A stretch of DNA of 64,000 nucleotides from an uncultured Ruminococcus sp. (GCA_902778145.1 CACYWW010000003.1:6633-70632), one strand, 5' to 3'; numbered from the stretch's first letter, positions 54,401 to 63,598 are shown. The notes: generated by a model from the sequence alone, not told the origin. Numbers and translations are program-made.

Positions 54401-54415
54401 TCAGTTACTGTTTTT

Positions 54416-56302
54416 TCAGTTTTTGAACGCAAAATTCGCGCTGTCACGGCACATATCGTCAATATCGTATTTTGCCGTCCATCCGAAGACCTCTTTCGCC
54501 TTCGATACGTCCGCGTAGCATTCGGCTATATCGCCGGCGCGGCGCAAAGCTATTACGTACGGCACCTTTTTGCCCGACGCTTTTTCAAACGCCGTGACGA
54601 GCTCGAGCACGGAGGTGCCTTTGCCCGTTCCGAGGTTCACCGCCTCGGCTCCGGTGTGAGATCTCGCGTATCCGAGCGCGGCGGCGTGACCGTCCGCCAG
54701 ATCGACCACGTGGATATAATCGCGGACGCCGGTGCCGTCTTCCGTATCGTAATCGTCGCCGAAAACGTCGAGGTGAGGAAGCTCGCCGCATGCGACCTTC
54801 ATAATATAAGGCATGAGGTTGTTCGGTATGCCGTTCGGACGCTCTCCGATAAGACCCGAGGGATGAGCGCCGATCGGGTTGAAATACCGCAGTAAAACGG
54901 CGGAGAAGCCGGGATCGGATGTGCAGACGCCTTCAAGAATATGCTCTATGAACACCTTGGTCCATCCGTACGGATTCGTTGCGGACGTTTTCATATCCTC
55001 GGTAAACGGTGCGCGGTTGTCGTTCCCGTATACCGTCGCGGAGGATGAGAATATCATCCTTCTGCAGCCGTGATCACGCATGGCTTCAAGCAGCGTCACG
55101 GTGCCGCCTATATTGTTGTCGTAATATTCAAGCGGTTTTTCGACCGATTCGCCGACGGCTTTCAGCCCTGCGAAATGGATCACCGCCTCTATATCGTTTT
55201 CGTTGAATATCCTGTCAAGGACGGCGCGGTCGCGCATGTCGCCTTCGTAAAGCTTTACGTCCTTTCCGCTGATCGTCTTTATTTTATCTATGACGTCGGG
55301 CGAGCTGTTGCAGAAATTGTCGAGGATCACTATATCCTCGTTGTCTTCAAGCAGTCTTACGACCGTATGGGAGCCGATGTAGCCGGCGCCTCCGGTAACA
55401 AGGATCGAGCCGCGCCACAGGGGACACGGATACTCGCCTTTTTCCGACAGCGCGCCGATCGACGAGACGACGGCTTCCCTGTCCTCGCGGTAGGTGACGC
55501 CGAACCATTTTGCGCCGGTTTTGAGCACCTTTACGGTCGCGCCCGCGTCCATCGCCTCTTTGACAGCGGCGGGCAGATAATATTCGCATTTCAGCGGATT
55601 ATCGGACGATGCGGCGTTTCTTACGAATTTTTCGAAGCCTTTCGCAAGCACGTCCTTGAAATCCGGCGTGAAGCCCCAGAGGTTCATCGAAACGGTCGTG
55701 TCAGCCTTGAGCGGGAATCTCTCCCCGTTTTCAAGATACGCGATGCCGTCGGCTCCGGTCTCGATCTTCGTGCGCTCGGTTATGCCGGTGAGCATCCCGT
55801 CGGCGTTAACCTCGCAGACTCCGCGGGACACCGTGCCATGCTCGGTGACGGTGTTTTCGAGTCTGAAGCCCGCCATGCAGTACCGGCCGCGCGACGCGTT
55901 TTTCAGATATTCGCCGACCACCTCGAACGATTCTCTGCCGTAGAAATCGTCAGCGTTGATCACCGCGAAATTGTCGTCTATCAGATCTCTTGCCGCATAT
56001 ACCGCGTGTCCGGTACCCCACGGCTTGACTCTGCCCTCCGGGATCACGGCGCCGGCCGGTACGTCGTCAAGCGTCTGATACGCGTACATTACCTTCACGC
56101 CGCGCACGCGCGAGCCGACGGTACGCTCGAAATCGGCACGCATTTCCGGCTTTATAACGAATATGACTTTATCAAATCCCGCCCGCTTTGCGTCAAAGAT
56201 CGAGTAATCGACGATGAATTCACCGCTTTTTCCCACGGGATCTATCTGTTTCATACCGCCGTAACGGGAACCCATCCCGGCAGCCATGATCAAAAGTATC
56301 AT
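54416..56302 (-). CDS. Fusion protein: N-terminal sugar-1-phosphate nucleotidyltransferase domain plus C-terminal UDP-glucose 4-epimerase (GalE)
   Basis: The N-domain has MAAGMGSRYGGMKQIDPVG and KPWGTGHAV. The C-domain starts at ILVTGGAGYIGSH and has YFNPIGAHPSG. The ATG at 56302 is preferred (GAAAGG SD). The ORF-track start at 56326 is a TTG. Confidence 0.85.
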   Translation of the reverse strand: MILLIMAAGMGSRYGGMKQIDPVGKSGEFIVDYSIFDAKRAGFDKVIFVIKPEMRADFERTVGSRVRGVKVMYAYQTLDDVPAGAVIPEGRVKPWGTGHAVYAARDLIDDNFAVINADDFYGRESFEVVGEYLKNASRGRYCMAGFRLENTVTEHGTVSRGVCEVNADGMLTGITERTKIETGADGIAYLENGERFPLKADTTVSMNLWGFTPDFKDVLAKGFEKFVRNAASSDNPLKCEYYLPAAVKEAMDAGATVKVLKTGAKWFGVTYREDREAVVSSIGALSEKGEYPCPLWRGSILVTGGAGYIGSHTVVRLLEDNEDIVILDNFCNSSPDVIDKIKTISGKDVKLYEGDMRDRAVLDRIFNENDIEAVIHFAGLKAVGESVEKPLEYYDNNIGGTVTLLEAMRDHGCRRMIFSSSATVYGNDNRAPFTEDMKTSATNPYGWTKVFIEHILEGVCTSDPGFSAVLLRYFNPIGAHPSGLIGERPNGIPNNLMPYIMKVACGELPHLDVFGDDYDTEDGTGVRDYIHVVDLADGHAAALGYARSHTGAEAVNLGTGKGTSVLELVTAFEKASGKKVPYVIALRRAGDIAECYADVSKAKEVFGWTAKYDIDDMCRDSANFAFKN

Positions 56303-56349
56303 AATAATTGCCTTTCTTTCGTCCAAACACCGCCACGGTGCGGTATTTA

Positions 56350-58431
56350 TCAGAGTTTGAGCGTTATTTTATGGTTATCGAGCAGCGCTTTGAGGAATTT
56401 CTTTTCCACGTCCGCGATCTCCTCGAAGCCGAGCGTACGCGTCGGATCGTTGTATTCCACTCTTACGAGCACGGATGTGAAGCCCTTCGGTACGCCGATG
56501 CCGGTGTATACGTCGCGCGGGGAGACGTTGACGATAATGTCCGACGCTCCGGTTATATCCTTCACATAATCCGTAAAGTGTATCCCGTTCTTTACGAGCA
56601 GGTTATATTCTCTCGTGACGCTCGGATAATCGCTGTCGAACTCTATGCTCCTCTTCGATTCGCCGAAGCCCTCGAAGCAGAATTCGAGATACGCGACGTC
56701 GTCGCGGGCGAGCTTGCCGTTTTCGAATTCCATAAGGACGGCGCGGCTGATCTTTCCGATATATCCTATCCTGCGTCCGCCGACGTAAATGTCGCCGCCG
56801 GCGCCTTCCTCGAACATGCCGAGCTCATCCGTCTGTCTGATCTCATATTTTATGTTGTACTCGCGCATTATCGCGTCAAGCAGGCTGACGGCGTCGTAAA
56901 CGCTGAATTTCGCGTCCTTGACTATGCCGAAGCCGCGTCCGAGCTTGACGCCCGTCATAAGCGCCGCGAAAACGTTCTTTTCGTTATATCCGTCCTCGTG
57001 ATCCTTCTGACGGAAGAAGCGCTTGCCGACCTCGAAAATCCGCAGATCGTTTTTGCCGACAGACATATTCGCGATAGCCGTCTGGATGAGTCCGAAGCAG
57101 AGCGACGGTCTCATCAGCTCATAGAAGTTGTTCAGCGGATTGAGTATCTTTATATCGCCGTAGTATTCGGAATCCTCTTTGATATGGAGCATCTGCATGG
57201 CGTTTCCGGGTATGAAGCCGTACGTCAGCACCTCGATAAAGCCGAAGCCGACCATCATATCGCGGAGCTTGTTCGCGTTTTTGTTTACGGGATTCTCAAC
57301 GTACGGGGCGTAGAGCTTGACCGGCTGCGGCTCGATGTTCTGATAACCGTACATACGCCCGACCTCTTCGATGACGTCCACGTCGTATTCGATATCGAGA
57401 CGGAAGTCCGGAACGGTGACGACGATGTTTTCGCCGTCTTCACATACCGTGCCGAAGAAGCAGTCGTTGAGGTACTTGCAGATCTGCTCAACGGAAAGCT
57501 CGGAGCCGAGCAGGGCGTTTATGCGTTTTTTGGTGACGGTGAGCTTCTGCGGCTCTGCCGAGGTGCCGTCCGTGTAGAGATATCCCGTCTTATTGTATTC
57601 GCCGCCGCAGAGCTTCGTTATCATATCTATGCAGATAAGTGCGCCGGGGACCGCCGTGGCGACGGAAACGCCGCGCTCGAAGCGGTATGACGCCGCGGTC
57701 TGAACATGCGTCTTTTTGCTTGTGACGCGTTCGATCACGTGGTCGAAGTTGGCGGATTCTATTATGATGTTCTTCGTTTCCGCTGTGACCTCGGGAGCGT
57801 GGCCGCCGATTATACCGGCGACGCAGAGCGGGTTCTCGTCGTCGGAGATGAGCAGCGCGCCCTTCGGCAGCTCTATTTCCGTCGACGCGAGCGTCGTGAA
57901 CTTCGTCGGCGCGGGGACGTTTTCTATGCGGATGTCGCCTTTTACCTTGTCTGCGTCGAAAATGTGTATCGGCTGACCGATCTGCAGAAGCACGTAGTTG
58001 CTGATATCGACTATCGGGTTGATGCAGGCGACGCCGGATTTCGTGAGTCTGTCTTTGATATACGCGGGGGTCTCGCCCGTGTTGTCGACGCCGCGGATCT
58101 CGACGGCGCAGTATCTGTGAACGTCGGGCGTTTTTACGTCGATCTTATGGCTGAGGACGCCGTTGTCGTCAACGAGAGTAAGCGGAACGTCAGGGGTGAA
58201 GTTTTTGAGCTGTCTTCTTCCCTTGCCCGCGTAAAACTCACGCAGGACGCCGGCAACGGACAGCATGTCGGGTCTGTTTGCCTTTACCTCTATTTCGACC
58301 GCCTTATCGTCGCCGTAATCCTCGATCGAGGCGATCTCGAAGCCCTGGATGTCGAGCCAGTGAAGCAGCTCGTCATAATCGGCGCCTATTTCTGATTCGG
58401 CTTTGAGCCAGTTATATGAAAATTTGAACAT
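56350..58431 (-). CDS. pheT: Phenylalanine--tRNA ligase beta subunit (short form, no N-terminal OB-fold tRNA-binding domain)
   Basis: 693 aa. N-terminal MFKFSYNWLK..., B3/4, B5 and C-terminal FDX-ACB-like regions. AGAGGAGG SD. Follows pheS. Confidence 0.92.
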   Translation of the reverse strand: MFKFSYNWLKAESEIGADYDELLHWLDIQGFEIASIEDYGDDKAVEIEVKANRPDMLSVAGVLREFYAGKGRRQLKNFTPDVPLTLVDDNGVLSHKIDVKTPDVHRYCAVEIRGVDNTGETPAYIKDRLTKSGVACINPIVDISNYVLLQIGQPIHIFDADKVKGDIRIENVPAPTKFTTLASTEIELPKGALLISDDENPLCVAGIIGGHAPEVTAETKNIIIESANFDHVIERVTSKKTHVQTAASYRFERGVSVATAVPGALICIDMITKLCGGEYNKTGYLYTDGTSAEPQKLTVTKKRINALLGSELSVEQICKYLNDCFFGTVCEDGENIVVTVPDFRLDIEYDVDVIEEVGRMYGYQNIEPQPVKLYAPYVENPVNKNANKLRDMMVGFGFIEVLTYGFIPGNAMQMLHIKEDSEYYGDIKILNPLNNFYELMRPSLCFGLIQTAIANMSVGKNDLRIFEVGKRFFRQKDHEDGYNEKNVFAALMTGVKLGRGFGIVKDAKFSVYDAVSLLDAIMREYNIKYEIRQTDELGMFEEGAGGDIYVGGRRIGYIGKISRAVLMEFENGKLARDDVAYLEFCFEGFGESKRSIEFDSDYPSVTREYNLLVKNGIHFTDYVKDITGASDIIVNVSPRDVYTGIGVPKGFTSVLVRVEYNDPTRTLGFEEIADVEKKFLKALLDNHKITLKL

Positions 58432-58446
58432 TTTACAAGCCTCCTC

Positions 58447-59445
58447 TTACAGCTGTTCCCAGAGCGAGATCTCGTTCTCGAAAAGCTTGCGCATCTCTTT
58501 TATCTTGAAGTAAAGCATCGGAAGACGGTTCAGGCCCCAGCCGAACGCGAAGCCGACAGTGTCACGCGAGTACCCTACCGCTTCGAACACGTTCGGGTGT
58601 ACCATTCCGGCGCCGGCGACTCTCATCCAGCCCGTGCCCTTGCACGTGCGGCAGCCCTTGCCTCCGCACATGATGCAGCCCATGTCGACCGCGGCGGACG
58701 GCTCTGTGTACGGATAGTAGCACGGCGAGAACTTTACCTTGTATTCCGGGCCGAAAACGCGCTTGACGCTCTCCATGACAGCCCATTTGAGGTTTGCGAG
58801 GTTAATGCCCTCTCCGACCACAAGTCCCTCGACCTGGTAGAAGCACGGGGTGTGCTGGGGGTCGATCTCGTCAACGCGGTAGACGACGCCAGGTGAGATT
58901 ATCATGAAAGGCGGCTTGTGCTCGAGCATATAACGCACCTGCACGCAGGACGTGTGCGAGCGCAGAAGCACCTTCGGATATTCAAGATAGAACGTATCCT
59001 GCATGTCTCTTGCCGGATGGTAATACGGCATATTGAGCATTTCGTAATTGTGACGGTCGTTCTCTATCTCGGGACCGTAGGCGATGCTGAAGCCCATGTC
59101 CTTGTAGACCTCCTCGAACATACGTCCGACTCTTATGAGCGGATGTATCTTGCCGCGTATGAACTCGGGCGACGGGACGGTGAGGTCGATCACCGCGTCG
59201 TTTTTCTGTATTTCGGAGAGCTTCTTCTTTGCCGCGGCGATCCTCTCTTCAAACTCCTTTTTGAATTCGTTTATAGCCGCACCGACGTCCTTTTTCTGAT
59301 CGTTCGGAAGCGTTTTCATCTCCGCAAACAACTCCTTCATTACTTTCTTGAAGGATGATTCAACTCCCTGGAGCTTGTCCGCGGCGTCGCTTTGGCAGAG
59401 CTTTTCTTCCAGCTCTTTTCTCTTTTCATCGATGAACTGTGCCAT
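58447..59445 (-). CDS. pheS: Phenylalanine--tRNA ligase alpha subunit
   Basis: The start was moved to the ATG at 59445 (MAQFIDEKRKELE..., AAAGGAG SD). Class II motifs (HPARDMQDTFY, FRVDEIDPQHTPCFYQVEG, GWGLNRL). Confidence 0.94.
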   Translation of the reverse strand: MAQFIDEKRKELEEKLCQSDAADKLQGVESSFKKVMKELFAEMKTLPNDQKKDVGAAINEFKKEFEERIAAAKKKLSEIQKNDAVIDLTVPSPEFIRGKIHPLIRVGRMFEEVYKDMGFSIAYGPEIENDRHNYEMLNMPYYHPARDMQDTFYLEYPKVLLRSHTSCVQVRYMLEHKPPFMIISPGVVYRVDEIDPQHTPCFYQVEGLVVGEGINLANLKWAVMESVKRVFGPEYKVKFSPCYYPYTEPSAAVDMGCIMCGGKGCRTCKGTGWMRVAGAGMVHPNVFEAVGYSRDTVGFAFGWGLNRLPMLYFKIKEMRKLFENEISLWEQL

Positions 59446-59507
59446 AACGTGCACTCCTTTTGAAATGTTGATACGTATTAAATACAATGAGAATTGTTCA
59501 ATTTACT

Positions 59508-59536
59508 ATGATACCACACAACCGGCGCCGTGTCAA
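59508..59536 (-). promoter_or_regulatory. Sigma-A type promoter of pheST (TTGACA-N17-TATCAT, TGn extended)
   Basis: The reverse complement reads cTTGACAcggcgccggttgtgtggTATCATag. It leaves a leader of only about 60 nt. Confidence 0.6.
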
Positions 59537-59575
59537 GCGTAAAATTTAAAACAAATCAAAAAAAGCGGCGGCATA

Positions 59576-59604
59576 TTGACAAAAACGCCGCGGTGCGCTA
59601 TAAT
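59576..59604 (+). promoter_or_regulatory. Sigma-A consensus promoter (TTGACA-N17-TATAAT) of ylmH-like gene
   Basis: aTTGACAaaaacgccgcggtgcgcTATAATcc, 19 nt before the ATG at 59624. Confidence 0.7.
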
Positions 59605-59623
59605 CCGCAAAGGAGGCGCGTTT

Positions 59624-60346
59624 ATGGAAGAAAAAGACCTGATAAACAGATTTGATGAGCTGTATGAAAGATCGTATACGGAAAACCGCGCGGTCTTCAC
59701 GGATTTTCTCGACCTTCAGTCGCAGGATATACTTGAAAGACAGCGCTATTATCCCGCTCCGGTACTGTACGGCGGGTATGAAGGCGCCGAGCGCCGCGCG
59801 GCGCGGTTCGGCGATGACGGGGATTTTCCGCTTGAATGCATCCGTATAAGTCCGAAAGATATGAAATTCGCGGAGGAGCTGACTCACAGGGATATGCTCG
59901 GCGCGATCCTTTCGCTCGGGATCGAGCGCAGGACCGTCGGAGATATCGTAATGCACGCGGGCAGCGGATACGTTTTCGTTCTGTCGTCGGTACGCGATCT
60001 CATACTTGACGAGCTCGACCGCGTCAGACACACCGCCGTCGTATGCTCCGTCTCTTCTCTGCCCGAGGGGGCGTCGTCCGTAAAGGAGGAACGCACGGCG
60101 GTCGCGTCCTCGGAGCGGCTCGACGCGGTGGTGTCCGCCGTTTTCGGCATGAGCCGCGCCGACGGCAAAAGCGCGGTCGACGAGGGACGCGTCTTCATAC
60201 GCGGTTCGGAATGCCGGGAGCCCTCGAGAACGCTGAAGGCGGGAGACGTCGTATCCGTCAGGGGGCACGGAAAGTTCCTTTACGCGGGAGAGTCCGGCGT
60301 GACCGGCAAAGGGCGGCTTCGGGTGAAGTACGCCTTATATAAATAG
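59624..60346 (+). CDS. ylmH: YlmH-like RNA-binding protein (S4 domain)
   Basis: The start was moved to the ATG at 59624 (AAAGGAGG SD). MEEKDLINRFDELYERSY...TDFLDLQSQ is typical of YlmH. Confidence 0.75.
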   Translation: MEEKDLINRFDELYERSYTENRAVFTDFLDLQSQDILERQRYYPAPVLYGGYEGAERRAARFGDDGDFPLECIRISPKDMKFAEELTHRDMLGAILSLGIERRTVGDIVMHAGSGYVFVLSSVRDLILDELDRVRHTAVVCSVSSLPEGASSVKEERTAVASSERLDAVVSAVFGMSRADGKSAVDEGRVFIRGSECREPSRTLKAGDVVSVRGHGKFLYAGESGVTGKGRLRVKYALYK

Positions 60347-60457
60347 TTGAAATACGCGTCACACTGCAATATTTTAAAATTAAAAGTTCCGTCTTATTTT
60401 GTGCACTTTAGCCAAAATCGGGCGGTATTTTTTTACAGCCCGAAAATTTTATCCCAC

Positions 60458-60486
60458 TTGATTTGATCAGATTTTTGATCTATAAT
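60458..60486 (+). promoter_or_regulatory. Sigma-A type promoter (TTGATT-N17-TATAAT) of the MBOAT-DHHW operon
   Basis: cTTGATTtgatcagatttttgatcTATAATta. Confidence 0.6.
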
Positions 60487-60546
60487 TAACGGGATAGCTG
60501 AAAAGCATAAATAATAAGGAGAGCCGTTTTTACGGCGGATCAGCTT

Positions 60547-61965
60547 ATGGTTTTCTCAACACTGGAGTTTTTGTTCCTCTATCTTATCGTCGCGCTCGGG
60601 TTCTATTACCTGTTCCCGCGTAAATGGAGGAACGTCTGGCTGCTCGTCATCAGCCTCGTGTTCTACGGCTGGGGAGAGCCGATCTATCTGTTCCTGATGA
60701 TATTCACGATCATAGTCGACTATATATGCGGCTTTATGGTGGACAAATACAGGGACGATAAGAAAAAGGCGAAGACCGCTCTCGTCGTCAGCGTAATTCT
60801 CAATCTGGCGATACTCGGATTCTTCAAATACTATGACTTCATAGTCGGCAGCATCATTAACAAGATCCCCGGCGTCAACATACCGTTGCTCGGTCTGTCG
60901 CTGCCTATAGGCATTTCGTTCTACACGTTCCAGGCGCTTTCCTACGTCATCGACGTTTACAGGGGCGACGCGTCGGTGCAGAAGAAGATAACCTCCTTCG
61001 GCGCCTACGTCACGCTTTTCCCGCAGCTCATAGCCGGGCCGATAGTCCGCTACAAGGACGTTGACGACGCCCTGAACGAACGTACCGAGACGGTCGATCT
61101 TTTCGCCTCCGGCATCAGAACGTTCATGGCGGGCCTTGCCAAAAAGATCCTGCTCGCAAACGTGGTGGGCGAGTTGTGGAGCAACATCCGCGCCGTTCCG
61201 ATGGGAGAGCGCACGGTGCTTGCCGCGTGGGTCGGTATAATCTTCTATTCGCTTCAGCTCTATTTCGACTTCTCGGCGTATTCGGATATGGCGATAGGTC
61301 TCGGCAAGATGATGGGCTTCCGTTTCCTCGAAAACTTCAACTATCCCTACATCGCCGACTCGATCACGGATTTCTGGCGCAGATGGCATATGTCGCTTTC
61401 CACCTGGTTCCGCGACAACGTATACTTCCCTCTCGGCGGCTCGCGCTGCTCTCTCTTCAAGACGTACCGCAACCTGTTCGTCGTATGGATGCTGACGGGC
61501 ATCTGGCACGGCGCGTACTGGAACTACATTCTCTGGGGCGTCTTCTACGGCGTGATCCTGATGATGGAAAAGGGATTCCTTCTCAAATGGCTTGAAAAGA
61601 TACCGAAATTCTTCCGCCATGTATACACGCTCATAATCGTTCTGTTCGGCTGGCTCATATTCGTATTCGAAAACACGAGCGAGGGCTGGGCTTACGTTAA
61701 AAACATGTTCGGCGTCGGCGCCGCGGGCTTCGCGAATTCCGCGGACGCGTATCTTATCCTGCGCAATCTGCTGTTCATAGCGATCATGATACTCGCCTGC
61801 ACGCCGCTGCCGAAGAAGCTGTTCTACAAGCTTTATTTCAACGAAAACAAAACGGGAAAGATCTGGCGCGTTCTCGTACCCGTCGGATGCGCGGCGCTCC
61901 TCGTCGTCTGTACCGCGTATATGGTCGACAGCAGCTTCAACCCGTTCCTGTACTTCAGATTTTAG
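60547..61965 (+). CDS. MBOAT family O-acyltransferase (AlgI/DltB/PatA-like)
   Basis: 472 aa, polytopic. N-terminal MVFSTLEFLF and catalytic-His region WRRWHMSLSTWFRDNVYFPLGG. Confidence 0.9.
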   Translation: MVFSTLEFLFLYLIVALGFYYLFPRKWRNVWLLVISLVFYGWGEPIYLFLMIFTIIVDYICGFMVDKYRDDKKKAKTALVVSVILNLAILGFFKYYDFIVGSIINKIPGVNIPLLGLSLPIGISFYTFQALSYVIDVYRGDASVQKKITSFGAYVTLFPQLIAGPIVRYKDVDDALNERTETVDLFASGIRTFMAGLAKKILLANVVGELWSNIRAVPMGERTVLAAWVGIIFYSLQLYFDFSAYSDMAIGLGKMMGFRFLENFNYPYIADSITDFWRRWHMSLSTWFRDNVYFPLGGSRCSLFKTYRNLFVVWMLTGIWHGAYWNYILWGVFYGVILMMEKGFLLKWLEKIPKFFRHVYTLIIVLFGWLIFVFENTSEGWAYVKNMFGVGAAGFANSADAYLILRNLLFIAIMILACTPLPKKLFYKLYFNENKTGKIWRVLVPVGCAALLVVCTAYMVDSSFNPFLYFRF

Positions 61966-61977
61966 GAGGCGATATAA

Positions 61978-63465
61978 ATGGAAAACAAAGAAAACATGAC
62001 AAAAGTCGCCCCGAAACCGAAGAAAAAGCCCGAGGCGGAGATCCTGCTCGACCGTCAGATCGAAATGAGGAAAAAGTCACGCGGCACGGATATAACGATA
62101 ATATCCGTCTTCTGCGCGTTCATCCTCTTCTTCGGCATAGCGTTCTTCGTCATTCCCGACAAGGCGATCTCAAAGACCGAGAACAGAGCGCTTAAGCAGG
62201 CGCCCGATCTGAGCTTTTCCCGCATCGTATCCGATCTCAAACGCGACCTGCGGATGATGACGATGACCGAATCCGAGAAGGCGGAATACAGATCCGAGGC
62301 GAACTGGGACAATGTCAAAGCCGCGGTCGGGACCGACAAGAGTTACAACGATTATTTCGCCGTGTTCTCAGATGAGATAGGAGACTACTACGCCGATCAG
62401 TTCCCGTTCCGCGATCAGCTCCGCGCCGTCAAGGCGGCGACCGAGATAGCGCTTCTGAAGCGTGAGAGCAACGACGTGCTTTTCGCCGGGAAATACCTCG
62501 TCAAGAAGGATACCGTTTCCGGCGTAGTTATCGAAGAGGACGGCTCGACCCGGGCAAGGACGTCCGAGGACGCGAAGGAAACGATAAAAGAAAACGTAAG
62601 GATGATATCCGGCATCGAAAAATATCTGCCCGATAATATCGATATCCGCACGGCGATCGCCGGAAGGACGGTCGACGTGGCGCGCTCGGCGCTGCCCGCG
62701 ATATTCCCGTACGCGACAACGCACGCCGACGAATACTGGCAAACTCTGAAGGAGGCAGCGGAGGGATCCGGCGTCACCACGGTCGATATAAGGGATACTC
62801 TTCAGAACCGTTTTGCCGCGGGTGAATACGTCTGCTACAAGACCGACCACCACTGGACGTCGCTCGGCGCTTATTACGCCTACTGCGATATAATCAGATC
62901 GTTCGGCGGCGAGCCATACGCTCTCGATCAGTTCAGGCGCGAGGTATTCACTAAAAAATTCACCGGAACGACGTATGCGAAGGCCGGCGCGTGCTTCGGC
63001 GGCATGGATACGATAGAGCTGTTCAGATTTGACGGCGACGAAAACTACACGAGCACGATAACGGACAGCTACGGCAACGTACTGACGACTCTCAGGGCGT
63101 TCTACAATCAGGACGTTTACAGAGACATAAACGATAAATACGGCGTATTCATAGGAAGCGACAGATCGGGCGACGGCGGAAATAACGCCGTGACGATAGT
63201 GACCGACAACGGGCAGACGCAGAGGGAAAAGATGATCCTGATAAAGGACAGCTTCGGCAACAGTCTTGTCCCCTTCCTCGCCCGCCATTATGACCTCATA
63301 GTCCTTGACATGAGAGTTTATACGGGCGATATGGAGGAATTCTTATCGGATCCGGCGCTTTCGCACATACTCGTGGCGTACAACATGGAGACTTTCATGA
63401 ACGATGAGAACATCTCAAACGCCGCGCTGCGGATCATCCCGTATTTCAGAAGCCAATCAAACTGA
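61978..63465 (+). CDS. DHHW family protein (AlgJ/AlgX-like SGNH partner of MBOAT)
   Basis: 495 aa. N-terminal TM anchor and a literal KTDHHWTSLGAYYAY motif. TAGGAGG SD 12 nt after the MBOAT stop. Confidence 0.85.
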   Translation: MENKENMTKVAPKPKKKPEAEILLDRQIEMRKKSRGTDITIISVFCAFILFFGIAFFVIPDKAISKTENRALKQAPDLSFSRIVSDLKRDLRMMTMTESEKAEYRSEANWDNVKAAVGTDKSYNDYFAVFSDEIGDYYADQFPFRDQLRAVKAATEIALLKRESNDVLFAGKYLVKKDTVSGVVIEEDGSTRARTSEDAKETIKENVRMISGIEKYLPDNIDIRTAIAGRTVDVARSALPAIFPYATTHADEYWQTLKEAAEGSGVTTVDIRDTLQNRFAAGEYVCYKTDHHWTSLGAYYAYCDIIRSFGGEPYALDQFRREVFTKKFTGTTYAKAGACFGGMDTIELFRFDGDENYTSTITDSYGNVLTTLRAFYNQDVYRDINDKYGVFIGSDRSGDGGNNAVTIVTDNGQTQREKMILIKDSFGNSLVPFLARHYDLIVLDMRVYTGDMEEFLSDPALSHILVAYNMETFMNDENISNAALRIIPYFRSQSN

Positions 63466-63474
63466 ACATTCAGG

Positions 63475-63502
63475 GCGCCCGGTCATCGTACCGGGCGCTT
63501 TT
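63475..63502 (+). terminator. Rho-independent terminator
   Basis: GCGCCCGGT-catcgt-ACCGGGCGC followed by tttt. Confidence 0.8.
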
Positions 63503-63544
63503 ACGGTTCACAAAATGTTTACACTATAAAATCCGGAATACCTA

Positions 63545-63575
63545 TTGACTGTCACCCGGGGTCATAGTTTATGAT
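63545..63575 (+). promoter_or_regulatory. MerR-type promoter with a 19-nt spacer and a dyad across -35 and spacer
   Basis: TTGACT-gtcacccggggtcatagtt(19)-TATGAT. Imperfect inverted repeat CTATTGAC...GTCATAG. Confidence 0.5.
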
Positions 63576-63598
63576 CATTTACGGAAGGGGGAGATTTG

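Noticed and set aside
55070-57690. Two long plus-strand ORFs (499 aa and 460 aa) opposite the nucleotidyltransferase-GalE gene and pheT
   Set aside because: They are antisense to genes with unambiguous catalytic motifs and have Arg/Val/His-rich low-information sequences. The same reasoning rejects 60556..61620(-), 62368..63288(-), 42479..43516(+), 43900..45243(+), 49894..50772(+), 1960..2898(+), 9363..10133(+), 20227..21632(-), 24620..25279(-), 18544..19134(-), 59546..60268(-), 51144..51758(-) and 35690..36385(-).
59446-59623. Possible T-box riboswitch upstream of pheS
   Set aside because: The leader from the predicted promoter is only about 60 nt. No T-box consensus (AAnnnGGGTGGTACCGCG-like) or terminator/antiterminator pair is present.
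60513-60546. AAGGAGAG 27 nt upstream of the MBOAT start as the SD of a hidden upstream micro-ORF
   Set aside because: No ATG, GTG or TTG lies at a suitable distance downstream of it. The MBOAT N-terminus (MVFSTLEFLF) matches the family start at 60547.
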